Source of the DNA: Octopus sinensis
Lineage: Eukaryota
DNA: 64,000 bases
Assembly: GCF_006345805.1 (NCBI RefSeq)
Contig: NC_043005.1
Coordinates: forward strand, 7,006,001 to 7,070,000
Direction of reading: 5' to 3'
Positions 38,167-52,060 of the stretch are shown here, piece by piece. The translations under genes were made by a program, and so were the position numbers. Numbering within the stretch: the stretch's first letter is position 1; the number at the start of each line of letters is the position of its first letter. Below the pieces are notes generated by a model. The model was not told the origin of the DNA. It saw nothing but the letters and a program-made list of their open reading frames with translations, and ran no database searches.

Positions 38167-40039
38167 TATGTGCATACTTTCCTTCTTCCCACCCTTTTTT
38201 GCCTCATATTTTTGCCTCTGTTTTCTTACTAAGCTTTTCTTGTCTTCTTTTTTCTTTTCCCATTCAGACTCTTTCTCTCTCTCATTTTCCCTATGTTTTT
38301 CTCATCTTCACTTTTTATTTTTATATGAAGGATTGACACTTGAAATATTAAGATATTTTCTCCATGTATGGTACTATATATCCATTACAGCCTATCTTAA
38401 CAATTAGTTTCACACTAGGGGTTTAATGGAGTGTTAGGTAACAGTCTGATTATGTAACCATGTGCTCTTCAGAGATAGCCATTATGGAATGAAATATGGC
38501 AACACACACACATATATATAAGGATAAAAAACAACCGTTTTTAAATCTCTGAATGAGATCTATGTAGTAGCAGTACTGAATATTGAAGTTTATTTGCCAA
38601 CATAGTGTAGAAGTCCTGCATAGGGCTATGTTACAACTTTTTAAATCCAGGAAAACATCTTTTCCAGCTGGTTTATTGACACATAGTTTGTGTCCAAGAT
38701 ACACTGTAAGTAAAGGGGCTTACTACTTCCTTCTAGCCATTGGTAGTCCCAGCAGACCAATGGTTTCTGATTAATTTCTCTTCTTTGGTATTGGACATCC
38801 GCCTGGCTAGAGACAGCAGCCAGTCGACCTTACTCACAGTAAATATATTTATTGAAGCGACTGTCAGTTGCTGATCTCATAAGGAGAAAAACAACTAGTT
38901 TTAAATCTCAGAATGAGATCTATGTAGTAATAGTACTAAATATTAAAGTTTAGTTGCCAATATAACATGACAGACCTGCACAGACTATGTTACTACTTTT
39001 TAACCCCAGGAAATTACCCAGAAACCATTTGTCTATTGGTACTACCAATGACTAGAAGGGAGTAGTAAGCCCCCTTACTTACAGTATATCTCAGACATGG
39101 ATCATGGGAAGAGGTGAAAGTAATGTGTCGATAAACCAAGAGATAGGGAAGAGGTGAAAGTAATGAGTGAAGGTGAGAAAAACTGGAGTGGCATGTAAGG
39201 AAACTACACACATTGATAGTAAACTAATGATTATCAAAACAGTCTAAATTCTGTAAACTGTTGGTTGGTATAGTATAAAGGACATTTCAAAATGCTTTAT
39301 AATATATTTTACATAGTAAGCACAAACTACTGTTGTAGGATTTGTTAAATTATATTAAAATATAATAATAAAAGTTAAACTATACACATATTCATTGATT
39401 TCTGTAGAAACATGTTTATGTTTAAATATTTTCAGACCAATAAAACATTTTACTGTTCCTTACAGAAGTCTATAACATTTGCACAAATTTTAGAAAGAAT
39501 ATTAAAAAAAAATTGAATATGGTTGAATGACTCTTTTGTAAACAATAACAGTTAGAACTTCATTGTAAAATGGTAAATTTTAATAATTTATTTGAAATTG
39601 GTATTCAGTATTCTTATGAATGATAAAGTTACAAAATGTTTTATCTGCATACTGAATATTATAAGGTGCCACCAATGAGTTAGTAACAAAAGATGTTTGT
39701 TGAAAGCATTCACATAATAGATATCAAAACTGCTACTGCTTCACATATCAGAAAATCAGAAAGTATATAAAACCAAAAAACAAGGGCAATAAAAAAATAC
39801 AACACGAGTATTTGAATGCATAGAAACCATAGAAATGAAACGAAATCTCGATAGTGGTCAAAATGTCCTGAAGAAACCCTTGATAGACTTGATAGATTAT
39901 AGCATCATAATGAACTTTAAGATGTACTCTGATGGCAGCAGAAATGTAATGTAGGCAAAAGGTATAAGTAATTAGATGATAATAAAATAATAAATAATGA
40001 AAAATAAAATGGATATTCTCTATTCTCTGTTTTCCTTAA

Positions 40040-40261
40040 CCCTTTTGATACTAGCCCGGCTGAAACCGCCTCTGGCACTGTAGTACAAATGTCTTGCTTT
40101 CATAAGTTTCGAATGAAAATCTTCCACCAAACCTTAGTCACAATTTATGTTCTTAACACTTACTTAATGATAACTTAGTTATTTTACTAAATTCTTTGTT
40201 ATATTTTAAATTAATTGAAAGAAACTCAGGGTACCCCAAATTAAATATGGTAACAAAGGGG
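40040..40261. mobile_element. piggyBac-type MITE, 222 bp
   Basis: TTAA on both sides; TIRs ccc(t/c)tttg(a/t)tac(t/c)a. Confidence 0.85.
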
Positions 40262-40431
40262 TTAAACTGATTCATTATTATTTCTCCTCTATAGAAAAGC
40301 ATACAGTCTCTATAGAGATAATTGGATTTTTAGGTGTGACAATATACAAGGAATAGGTAAACCAACCAACTGAAGGTACATAAACTTACATATGCAAACC
40401 AGCATTATCAGCATATATGTATATATATGTA

Positions 40432-40661
40432 TCATCATCATCATCATCATCGTTTAGCGTCTGTTTTCCATGCTGGCATGGGTTGGACGGTGCAACTGGG
40501 GTCTGGGAAGCCCGAAGGCTGCACCAGGCCCAGTCTGATCTGGCAATGTTTCTACGGCTGGATGCCCTTCCTAATGCCAACCACTCCATAAGTGTAGTGG
40601 GTGCTTTTTACGTGCCACTGGCACAGGTGCCAGACGAGGCTGGCAAACGGCCACGATCGGA
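40432..40661 (-). mobile_element. family B RTE 3' end
   Basis: (CAT)n, core, one unit, ends in (TA)n. Confidence 0.92.
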
Positions 40662-40719
40662 TATATATATGTAATAATGAATTAGTTGAAGGAAAATCTT
40701 ATTTTAACAGATATATTTA

Positions 40720-41610
40720 CTAAAATTACATAAAAATATCTTGAAATACTAAAGAGTAAATTTATTCAATAAAATCGCCATTGGCTTCAACCATGGCCTC
40801 CAGACGACGTCAGAATCTCATGTAACACTTCTGGATGGTCTCTTTGTTTAAGTTGGTCAATGCTGCCATAATCCTTGCCTTCAATTCATCTTTGGTGTAA
40901 CAAGAAGTTTTGTTGGTCTCTTGCTCAAATGTGCTCCACACATAATAATCAAGGGGGTTGCAGTCTGGGGAGTTAGGTGGCTAGATGTTAGGGGTGATGT
41001 GGTTGTAGAAACTGTTTGACTGCCATGACTGGGTTCTCCTGCTCGTGTGGCATGGTGCAGAGTCCTGTTGCCAGACATAGGGTCTTCAAGCAACTACCCT
41101 CTTGACCCAGGGCAGAACTACCTCCTCCTGGCATTTGATGTAGGCCTCCGTGTTGAGTCTGCAACTGTGTGGGAAGATGAATGGAGGCATAATGTACCAT
41201 CACTAGTGATCACTCCAAACACGATGCTGTTGGCAGGATGTTTGATTTTTATCACTCTCGGTACATATTTTAGGGACAGGGTAAGTCAGGGTTTTCACCA
41301 TCCGTTCCTGGTAGAAGTTTTTCCTTGTCTGAAGAAAGCCAAAGCATGTTCGGTGGGATGGGATGCTTGAGTTTGTTGAAAAGAAGCGTAGTGTTGTCTT
41401 TCTTCTTTCCTTGATGACTTGAAATGAAAATTGACCCTTTCTCATCTTATTTGAGGAACACTGAATGTTTTCAAAGAGTATCTGCCTGATAAGAAACTCA
41501 GACACTCGCAAGTCCCTGGCGATGGACCTGATTGGATTGGAGGGATCATTGTCAATCATGGCCTGGATCTCACCATCAAATTCAGTGCAGCCATGCAGCT
41601 GGCCATATCT
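40720..41610 (-). mobile_element. DD37D (maT/Bmmar1-like) transposase fossil
   Basis: WQQD-SAPCHTSRRTQSWQSNSFYNHITPNI*PPNSPDCNPL-DYYVW gives 37 residues between the second and third Asp; C-terminus RRLEAMVEANGDFIE*. Confidence 0.88.
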
Positions 41611-41619
41611 TGTCAAACC

Positions 41620-42030
41620 AAGAGGTTTGCTTCCTAACCACACAGGTCACAGTTCAGTTCCACTGTAAGCACTTTCGGCAAGTGTCTTTTCCTATAGCTC
41701 CAAGCCAATCAAAGCCTGTCAGTGGATTTGGTAGATAGAAACTGAAAGGAGGCTTTCGTATGTATATCTATGTCTGTGCATGCGCATGCGCGTGCATTTG
41801 TGTGTGTGTGTGCACGTGTCTATGTCTTTGCTTGTGTTTCTCCTCCATTACCATTTGAAAACTGGTGTTGGTTTCTTATGTCTCCATAACTTTGCAGTTT
41901 GACAAAAAGTGACTGATAAAATAAGTAATGGATGTAAAAAAAAGGGCCATTTTTATTTGACAGAACCCTTCAAGGTAGTGCCCCAGCATGTCCTCAGTCT
42001 AATAACTGTATATAACTAGTAAACCATAAA
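41620..42030 (+). mobile_element. old SINE A
   Basis: Diverged head, core, TG tract and tail. Confidence 0.75.
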
Positions 42031-42066
42031 AGTTATCTTATATATATATATCATATATATATATAA

Positions 42067-42149
<83 letters not shown>

Positions 42150-42265
42150 TTTATATATATTATATACATAATGCATATATATATATATATCATATATATA
42201 TATAATATATATATATATAGATATAGATATGGTGATGCAAACAGGATAAACAGAACTCAAAATAT

Positions 42266-43742
42266 AAGCATTGGGTCTGGTCATCTGCGAGCCCTTAACA
42301 CGTCTATTCAATATGTCATTGGCGACGGGTGTTATACCTGTGGACTGGAGAACAGCGATAATCTGCTCAATTTTCAAGAAAGGGAGCTGCGAAGACCCGC
42401 TTAACTACCAACCGGTTTCCCTTACATCAATAATCAGCAAGATGTTCGAAACCATCCTAAAGAAAAGTATGATGCTCCACCTCCAAAACACAGCCTCTAT
42501 TTCTGATTCCCAACACGGCTTCATGCTTGACCAACTTACTGGTAATGGAAGAATTGGTGACGCGCATCCTCGATGATAGTGATGTTGTTGACATCGTTTT
42601 ATTGGACTTTGCCAAAGCTTTTGACTCAGTAAACCACCGCCTATTACTTGTCAAGCTTCAAGCATATAGTTTCCATCCGGATATTGTATGATGGGTTGGT
42701 GCCTTCCTCTCAGATCGCTCCTTCCAAGTCCAAGTTAATGGTTCGTGGTCCGACGTCTCCAGTGTGAGCAGTGGCATGCCTCAAGGTTCAGTGCTTGGGC
42801 CCTTATTGTTCTTAGTCTTCATAAATGACTTGCCCAACGACCTCACGCAACACACCCTTCTATTTGCCGACGATGTCAAACTGGTCGCTCCTTGCGGTGA
42901 TATAGAGGATCTTCGTCGATGCCTCCACCAAATTTGGAGATGGTCTAACGAATGGGACCTGTGTCTGAACGTGTCAAAGTGCTGTCATCTGCCTGTTGGC
43001 TCTCCTCCTGCAACTCAACTTGATTTCGAGCCGGGTCGTCTGCTGCTGGAGAGGACCAATCAGGTAAAGGACCTGGGTATCTTGGTGGATTCCTCCTTGT
43101 AGCCTTCGGCTCAGTGTGTCCATGCTGCCAACAAAGCACACGGAGTTCTGTTCTTGATTCGACGGTCATTCGGAATGCTCACAGCAGCCATATTCCTACC
43201 ACTCTATGTCACGCTGGTGAGACCAATATTGGAGTACAGGATTCAAGCCTCTTCTCCTTATCTCCTCAAAGACATACAGCATCTTGAAAGAGTCCAGAAA
43301 CTGGCTACCCGCACAGTTCTTGGTCTCAAGAATTTGTCTTATGAAGAAAGGCTTAAGACGCTCGACCTTTATTCTCTAGAAAAACGACAACGCCATGGTG
43401 ATCTCATTCTTGCTCACAGCATCATAAGCGGAAAGTGTAACCTCTTGAAAGAGCTGTTCTTCACTCCTGCTCCAGAGCGTCAGCTGCGGGTCATTCCGAA
43501 AAGCTATATCTGCGACGGTTTCATCTCAATCGAAGGAGAGGGGCTTTCTCCATCCAGGTTGCGGATCCGTGGAATAAGCTGCCGAACGAGATGGTGAAGA
43601 TGCCAACGACCGCTCGGTTCAAAGTCTCCCTTGACCGCAAGTGGCCTGAACTCTTTACCTGAACACCACCCTGTACATAACTCCATGTCCCCCTACATGA
43701 CCTTGCTTTTTGCTTTTTGAGCCAAAGAATTAACTAACTAAC
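42266..43742 (+). mobile_element. CR1-clade LINE, 5'-truncated ORF2 (RT) pseudogene with (CTAA)n tail
   Basis: LFNMSLATGVIPVDWRTA..NYQPVSLTS, DFAKAFDSV, SGMPQGSVLGPLLF, LFADDVKL, YVTLVRPILEY, LERVQK; several stops and frameshifts. Confidence 0.95.
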
Positions 43743-43911
43743 ATGTATAATTTTATTAATATTTACCAGAAGCAACCAAGTGACTCAATGGCTGAGAGTT
43801 TTGTGCATTGGTACTTATCAAACTGATATTGCTTCTGCTAAATATTAATAAATATATATATATTATATGTGTTATACATACATATATATATATATATATA
43901 TATCTTATCAT

Positions 43912-44380
43912 AGGTGCAGATATGGTTGTGAGGTTAAGGAGCTTAATTTGCAATCATGTGGTTCCAGGTTCAGTACTATTCAACGGTACCTAGAGTTAGT
44001 GTCTTCTTGTAATCGCAGGCTGCCCAATGCTTTATGAGTGAATTTGAACACAGAAACCATGTGGACGTTCATATATATCATACATATATATATCACCATC
44101 ATCATAATCATCATCATCATTATTTAATGTCCATTTTCCATGCTGGCATAGATTGGATGGTTTAACAGAAGCTGGCAAGTCAGAAGCTTCACTGTTGGCT
44201 TTGGCATAGTTTCTATGGTTGGATGCCCTTCCTAACATCAACATATATATATATATAGAGACATATATAAACATACATATCCATATGTGTGTGTGTGCAT
44301 GTGTGTGTGCATGTGCATGTGTGAGTGTGTATATGTGTTTTTGTATTTGTGCTTGTACCCCCACCTCTGCTTGACAATAC
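43912..44380 (+). mobile_element. old SINE A interrupted by a family-B-like tail (about 44095-44240, minus strand)
   Basis: Head at 43912-44070, (CAT)n plus ggatgcccttcctaac, then SINE body at about 44290-44380. Confidence 0.65.
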
Positions 44381-44579
44381 AAGAAGTCCAAGAATGGCTG
44401 TGTTGATATTACATTTATTCTTTCATTGCAATCATTTTAACAATACATGGTTCAGATACATCATGAATATGAATAATGATTATGTAATATTACAACATAT
44501 TACATGTGATCCATGTCCATCTTGTCAGAAGAAAAGTAAAAAAAAGTCATACGTATGGCATTCAGAAATTTATGCATAC

Positions 44580-44905
44580 CAACAACACCTCACCAACAAC
44601 AACACTGAACACCTTTTTGATCTCCATGTGTCTAACACACGTGGACATGCCTACAAAGTCAGAAAACACACGTGGACATGCCTACAAAGTCATGTTTCCC
44701 ATGACTTTCGGAAACACTTTTTCATTCTCAGAGTTGCTGAAGCATGGAACAAACTGCCTGCATCAGTTGTTGACTGCAATGACACTGCATCCTTTAAGGC
44801 CCTCATACTTTCCAAAATCCGCCGAAACTACACCTGATTATATATACACTTTAGATGAGTTGTAGTGCACCTGAGCACTGTACACAATGTTTTTATTATT
44901 ATTAT
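44580..44905 (+). mobile_element. CR1-clade LINE 3' end with a small internal tandem duplication
   Basis: Same family as 18070-18412; aacacacgtggacatgcctacaaagtca occurs twice. Confidence 0.9.
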
Positions 44906-45632
44906 ATTATAATCATAAAGACCACAGTGAGAGGAGCCTGTATATGCATAGTGTGGAAGCAAAACCTTCTGATATGTAAATATAATATAGAGTAAGATAG
45001 CATTGAGAACAGAGATCATTTTAGTCTTACTAGGTAAGGTTTGTAAGGGAGGTTTGGACACTAATTATTTTATGCTACAAGACAATTGTTTGTTAGAGAA
45101 AAAGAAAGTAATAATTGGAACTGGAGTATAAGCATATAAAGAATGTTGTAAATTAGCTTAAGGAAGGTGGAGAAATCTTTGAAGAACAATAATGATGATA
45201 GAGCAAATCAAGAAATTTAAAGAAAATAGAAGAAAAAAAAAGAAATAAAGATAAAAGAGAGAGAGAGAGTGATGGCAGGATAAGTGGGAGGGTTAGAAGC
45301 AATAAAGTAAGCATAAATGAAAGGAGTACAAGGAATGTTACTCTTAAAGGAGTCGATTGTCAATTAAACTAAAAAAAATGATAACAAGTATTAAAGGACA
45401 GTAAATTGTAAATATATGATATAATATACTGCAATATCAATAATAAATTTTAAAAGGATATCATTTATAATCTAAACTTATAGTTTAGTAAAAAAGAAAT
45501 AGAATTTTGTAATTACAAGTTGTTAATATTGAAGGTATAAAGTATAAACCTGATAAAGTTTTATGTTGAGATTATATAATAAATGTAATATAATATATAT
45601 ACCCAAATACACATAAATATATAAGTATATAC

Positions 45633-45691
<59 letters not shown>

Positions 45692-45949
45692 TTTATACAC
45701 AAAAATACACATGCATTATATACATACATACATACAGACACACACACATATATAGACACACACCCATACATACAGATACATGCACACACTTCCATACATA
45801 AATATAATGAATATAGCAAAACAGAACAGTTGCAGACATGTAGGGAAATTAATAAATAAAGAAATGAATACAATAAAAGATACTTATTACATAAGAAATA
45901 CACAGCATTGTAAAGATTTATTAACCAGCTGATCCCAAACAACAACAAT

Positions 45950-46827
45950 AAAATTTTAAATAAACCTTGTATCTATGAAGAACAAAGATCTTAGAAGATG
46001 CAGGTATTGTTATACACTGGGTAGACCCTACTTAAAAAAGGTTTTGTTGATACGATGAGTGCATTCTATTAACAATTTACCATGTTTGTTAACTAGACCT
46101 GTTTGACTTTTAAAAATTTCAATGACTTCTGTAGAACACCCACCACAACTACCCCCTCCACTTTATAAGGAAAAGCAGCTGAAATAATAGACTATAAAAT
46201 CAAGCACTTAATGTTACCACCACTCAGGATTCTTAGGTCCCAGAGATGCACTATGCAGTTTTGTCTTATCTTTAAAGGAGTTCAAATAGTTATTCCATTA
46301 AACCTTTAATTCTATAGCCATGGCACTAATAAAGCAGTAAATATATTAAGCATATAGTCAGAGCATTTTATACTATGTTATTATGGAGGAACAGGTTACT
46401 TAGAAGGCAATTAAAATTGTTTCTACAGTTACAGAGCTGAAATATTGAATCATTATTATCACTATTATTATTATTACTATTCAAAATAGTCAGGTAGATT
46501 TCTACTGCATCACCTGCTACACCTCCATGTTGCTGAGGTGTATGCAGCATTGTGTGTTCTGTTTTGTTGTTGGGGAAGTTCAAATGCTTCCCAGTATTGT
46601 ATTGCATCAGTTTGTTTTGTTATGGGGTTTCGCTGGAGTCTTCTGTCATATTAGTGTTTGTATTATGTGTTGTGTGTGTAATATGAATTGTGTTCTTCTG
46701 TTGGATATCCAGCCTGTAGAGTATATGTTGTGGAGGCTGTTTACTTTACTGAATATTTACTGTATAGGGTGTCTTGAGTTTATGGATTATTTTATTTGGG
46801 TTGTATTATTGAATTGATTGTCTTGCA

Positions 46828-46882
<55 letters not shown>

Positions 46883-47330
46883 ATTATTATTATTGTTGTT
46901 GTTACTATTGATTTAATGGGGAATAGGCATTGGATAAGTATTATTACTTGTCACCTAGATAGGTGATGTCACAGGGGAGCTGGTGTTAGGTTGACATAAA
47001 CTAATAGGCATATTCATACTATTTGTTTAATTAACAATATTATTTAATTTCTTACAGTTCATTGCTATTATATTATCTGCTATATTTGATGTAGTAGAAT
47101 AAGAGAACTTTACAGTGTGCTTATTAAGCAATTCATGATATTTATTAGAAGGAAGAAAATACTTATTCAGTGCTTGAAAAAACAATGTAAAACTGTAGGT
47201 AGACCTGTGGGAACTTGAACCTTGAAGAGACAGCTGTATCATAATAACTGTTGCTTCCATAATCCATTCAATCTATTATCTGGTAATTGTGTCTAAATAT
47301 AGGCTGGGTTAAAGTTGTTAAGTGGTAATG
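45950..47330 (-). mobile_element. decayed Penelope-like element ORF (RT linker to GIY-YIG region)
   Basis: LNKYFLPSNKYHELLNKHTVKFSYSTTSNI (linker-like), CNCRNNFNCLLSNLFLHNNIV (CNCRxxxxCPL-like) and YNNTCxxxDLC (C-terminal); interrupted by (AAT)n. Confidence 0.7.
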
Positions 47331-47585
47331 TACAGTGATTCAGATCATTGTTAGTTGCAATATTATCATTATTATTATTATTATTATTATTAGAGGTATT
47401 TTAATGCCAGTTACCTGCCAGACTACAAAAGGATATGAATTAGCTTCCAAGAATGTGATGTCATCTTACTATAACGTTTGGGTACAAAGGTACTAATGGT
47501 GGTGTTTGACAATTAATTTTAGATGTAGATACTGGTTCTATCTTTTCCTTCTATTATCATTATTGAACAAATTTTATCACCACTA

Positions 47586-47587
47586 CA

Positions 47588-47649
<62 letters not shown>

Positions 47650-47681
47650 TATTATCATTATTATTATTATTACTATTATTA

Positions 47682-47712
<31 letters not shown>
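47586..47712. repeat. (ATT)n microsatellite
   Basis: Direct reading. Confidence 0.97.
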
Positions 47713-47713
<1 letters not shown>

Positions 47714-47714
47714 T

Positions 47715-47880
47715 CGCTTGTCGCTACATTCTGAGTTCAAATTCTGCTGAGGTCGACTTTGCCTTTCATCCTTTCAGGGTTGATAAATTAAGTACCAGTC
47801 AAGCACTGGGGTCAATGTCATCAACTATCTCCTTCCCTCAAATTCCAGGCCTTATGCCTATAGTAAAAAGGATTCTTGTT
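47715..47880 (+). mobile_element. SINE C-related, older subfamily
   Basis: gagttcaaattctgctgaggtcgactttgcctttcatcctttcagggttgataaattaagtacc. Confidence 0.85.
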
Positions 47881-48354
47881 ACTACTACTACTACTACTAT
47901 TAGCATTATTACTATGATTATTACTGATATCATTGTTATTGATGTTGTCAGTATTATTATTAGAATGTAACTTATTGCTACAATTATCACCACTTTTACT
48001 CTATTTTCTTGAAAAACCAACTAGATTTTAGTTGAGAAGTTTACATTATTAGGGATACATTAAATTTCTTTACTGCATTGGCTTTAGTAAGAATGGCATT
48101 GTAACAGCGGGCATTGTGTAAGAAAATCTTTTCATTGGCAGGCAGCTTAGAGATTGATATGAGACCCTCATCACTTAACTATAGAGTTGAAAACCACATA
48201 TGGATGGTTAGAAGTGCAGTTAATATAGTGCCAATTACCATTTGGTTTATAGCAGGGTGGATTTGTGGTGAATACTTACATCAGTGACTTCTGCAGAGTC
48301 ATTTGATCCTATAGTTGTGTCAAGTTTTATGTGGGCAAAATTTCAATCTAACCC

Positions 48355-48560
48355 TTTAATAATACAGTCCATATTTAAGAGATGAGGAATTATGTACATT
48401 ATTTACATTATTTACATTTGACACATATTTGTCTTCATCTTGTTTGTTGTTAACACAATGTTTCGGCTAATATGCCCTCCAGCTTTCGTCGGGTTTCTTG
48501 GGGAAATTTCGAATCTGGGTTCTCATTCCTAAGGTATTTTCAATGTTGTTATTATGTAAA
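48355..48560 (-). mobile_element. Penelope-pLTR-like repeat with a degenerate hammerhead motif
   Basis: Minus strand ccgacga-a-agctg-gagggcatat-tagcc-gaaac. Confidence 0.5.
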
Positions 48561-48583
48561 TAATGTAACCTTTAATGTGCTAC

Positions 48584-48639
<56 letters not shown>

Positions 48640-48727
48640 CACACACACTCACACACACACATATATATTTATATATACATACCTATGTGTGTGTGTATGT
48701 ATATATGTATGTATCTGTGTGTGTGTG

Positions 48728-48813
<86 letters not shown>

Positions 48814-49380
48814 CATCATCATCATCATTTAATGTCCACTTTCTATGCTTGTATTATTGATTGGTTGGTTTGTGCGTTGGCAAGTCAGAACCCTGTACCA
48901 AGCCCTAGCATATGCTTTGGAATGGTTTCTCCTGCTGAATGCCTTACTTAACCTAAACCACTTTACAGAGTGTACTGGATACTTCTTCTGTGGCACCAGT
49001 AAGAGTGAGGTTACCAAATAACTTACAAGATGCATCAGCTGAATGAGGAGTAGTACTGAGGGAGGTGGCTTTGTTTTGACAGTGTCTTGTTGCTGAAACT
49101 CTGCCACACACAAAGCCAACTTTCCCAGGGAACCTTCCAGTGATTTCATTATACATCTTATGTGTTCAATGGGTCCAACTGTATCGAATTTCTCCAAATA
49201 GTTTTTCTACATATTGAACAAAGCCATTCTCCTGTAGAGATTTGTGGTTTGATTGTTTTCCCATTTTTTCCAGAAGTTACACACACACACACATTTAATT
49301 ACATACATACATACATATATATATAAACACACACATTTATGCATAAACACACATATATTTGCATTAATATATATATATAT

Positions 49381-49561
49381 ACCCATCTGTGCAGGTGGCA
49401 CGTAAAAAGCACCCACTACACTCGCAGAGTGGTTGGCGTTAGGAAGGGCATCCAGCCGTAGAAACTCTGCCAGATCAGACTGGAGCCTGGAGCAGCCCCT
49501 GGCTTCCCAGACCCCGGTCGAACCGTCCAACCCGTGCTAGCGTGGAAAACGGACGTTAAAC

Positions 49562-49592
<31 letters not shown>
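49381..49592 (+). mobile_element. family B RTE 3' end
   Basis: Core plus (GAT)n; 5' junction in (TA)n. Confidence 0.92.
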
Positions 49593-49593
<1 letters not shown>

Positions 49594-49929
49594 CCCCATA
49601 TGTATGTGTGCATGTGAGGAGACATGTGGTGTGGTTGCTAGGGTGTTATGGCACTTATTGCCATAAGATTATGGTTTCAGTTCCAGAATAAGGTGATGTG
49701 TTGTGTTCTTGAATAAAAACACATCATTTCCTGTTGCTCCAGTATGGCAAAAATGAGTAACCCTGTGACAGACCAGTAGTGGAGAACATATCTGCTATAA
49801 AATCCACCAGACTGGACTAGTGAGCCTATGGCCTGGGAAGGACTTCAAATACATATAATATAGATAGGGTTAAAATCCAAGCTGTGTCCCCTTGAAGCAC
49901 ATCTGCAATTCTATTAGTCAAAATCTGTA

Positions 49930-50990
49930 TGGAGATGTTATATTTGTGTAAAAGTACCCATTATACTCCAAGAGTGTATTGGGTTCTTTTACATGTCACC
50001 AGCATGGTTCCAATTTGTGTGACACTGGTATCTGTGACAACTGCGATTTTGCTTGGCTTGATGGGTCTTCTTTTCAAGCACAACATAATGCCAAAAGTCT
50101 TGGTCGTTGCCTCAGTGAGGCCCAACATTCAAAAGGAACTCAACCACTTTGCCTCCGTGAAGCTCAACACTTGAAAGAAACTCAGCCACTTTGCCTCTGC
50201 GAGGCCCAATGCTAGAAGAGAAATCAGCCACTTTACCTCCATGAGGCCCAATGCTTAAAAGGAACTCAACCACTTTGCCTCCGTGAAGCCCAATGCTTAA
50301 AAGGAGCTCAGCCACTTTGCCTACGTGAGCCCCAACGTTCAAAATATGTTCTTTATGTGCCACCAGCATGGGTGCACTTGGTTTGATGGGTCCTCTTAAG
50401 CACAGCACATCACCAAAGGTCTTGTTCACCAGTCATTGCCTCTGTGAGGATCAACATTTGAAGATCATACTTCACCACCTCATCCCAGGTCTTCCTGGGT
50501 ATACATCTACCACACGTTCCCTCCACAGTTAGAGATCAGCACTTCTTTACACAGCTGTCCTCGCCTATACACATCAAGAGACCATACAAGTGCAGTCATC
50601 TCTCTTGCACACCACATTTGATTCCTCTTATGCCCAACTTTTCTCTCAAGATGCTTACACTCTGTCAAACATGCATGCTGACATTGCACATCCAGCGAAG
50701 CATACTGGTTTAATTTCTCTCAAATCTACGCATGTCCTCAGCTGTTACAGCCCATGTTTCACTGCCATGCAGCATAGCTGTTCACTCACAAACATCATAC
50801 AATCTGCCTTTCCCTCTGAGAGAGTGGCCTTTGTTGCCAGTAGGGTTAGGAGCTATGCGTTTGGAACATCCACTTTCACTACTAACTTGTTCTCCTACAT
50901 AACAGAAGCTATCTACTAGCTCTAGCTTGCTCCACTGGTAGTTGACCAAGTCTATTTTCTTCACATTTTCAGCATTTATTGTACATCTTC
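49930..50990 (-). mobile_element. RTE-clade LINE ORF2 C-terminus plus 3' UTR
   Basis: LELVDSFCYVGEQVS, AMLHGSETWAVTAED, MLRWMCNV, GRCIPRKTWDEVVK, DLW*CAVLKRTHQTK; the UTR shares gtgccaccagcatgg with family B. Confidence 0.88.
50115..50345. repeat. 42-bp minisatellite, about 5.5 copies
   Basis: Unit gtgaggcccaatgcttaaaaggaactcagccactttgcctcc. Confidence 0.92.
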
Positions 50991-51267
50991 CACATATAAA
51001 AGTTAGTTTCCCTGTTAACCTTCCTCTGATGCAGCTGCACCTTCTATGAGTCTAAAGTTTACACTGGATGCATCTTATGGACTTCCTACCAACACCTTTT
51101 CTACAGATTAAGCAGGGCCATCTACCTGAAGGGATTTGTGGTTTGTCTGCCTTCCTACTTACAAAGACTAAGACTTTGGTTTTTGGTTTTTGCTAGGTTA
51201 TACTAAAACTTTAGTTTTTGCTATGTTAATACATCTGTCTGTCTGTCTGCCTGTCTGTATGTCTGTC

Positions 51268-51334
<67 letters not shown>

Positions 51335-51370
51335 ATCTATCTATCTCTATCAATATATATATATATAAAC

Positions 51371-51405
<35 letters not shown>

Positions 51406-51858
51406 GTCTCAACTTGAGAGCTGGAGCACTGCTGTTAGCTTGCTATATATATATATATAATATATATATATATACGCTTATATACACTAGTATATATGTG
51501 TCTGTATGAGTTAGAGGTTATGGAACCATCTAAGAGATAATAAATATCCAATATACTATGGGTGTGTACCTATGTAATTATATCCAAGTGCTTACTATTG
51601 CAGAACAATATCACAATTGAATGCTAGGTGTGTGGGGGGGTAAAACAGAAATTTACCCAGAATTTATGAGACAAATAAAAAAAAATGGAGAGGATAATCA
51701 ATCAACAAAGATCATCCTGTAGACATCCATTTATTTATTAATTACAGTCATATGTATAAGGAATCAAACTTTAATAAATGGATATAAATGAATGTCTACA
51801 GGCTGATGTTTGTCGATTGATTATCCTCTCCATTTTCTTATTTACTTATATATATACT

Positions 51859-51889
<31 letters not shown>

Positions 51890-52026
51890 TATATATAATA
51901 TATACTTATACACACACACACACATATATATGTATGGATATATATATATATATATATGTATATATGTGTGTGTGCATATATATGTATGTGTATATATATA
52001 TGTATATATATATATATATATATATA

Positions 52027-52058
<32 letters not shown>

Positions 52059-52060
<2 letters not shown>

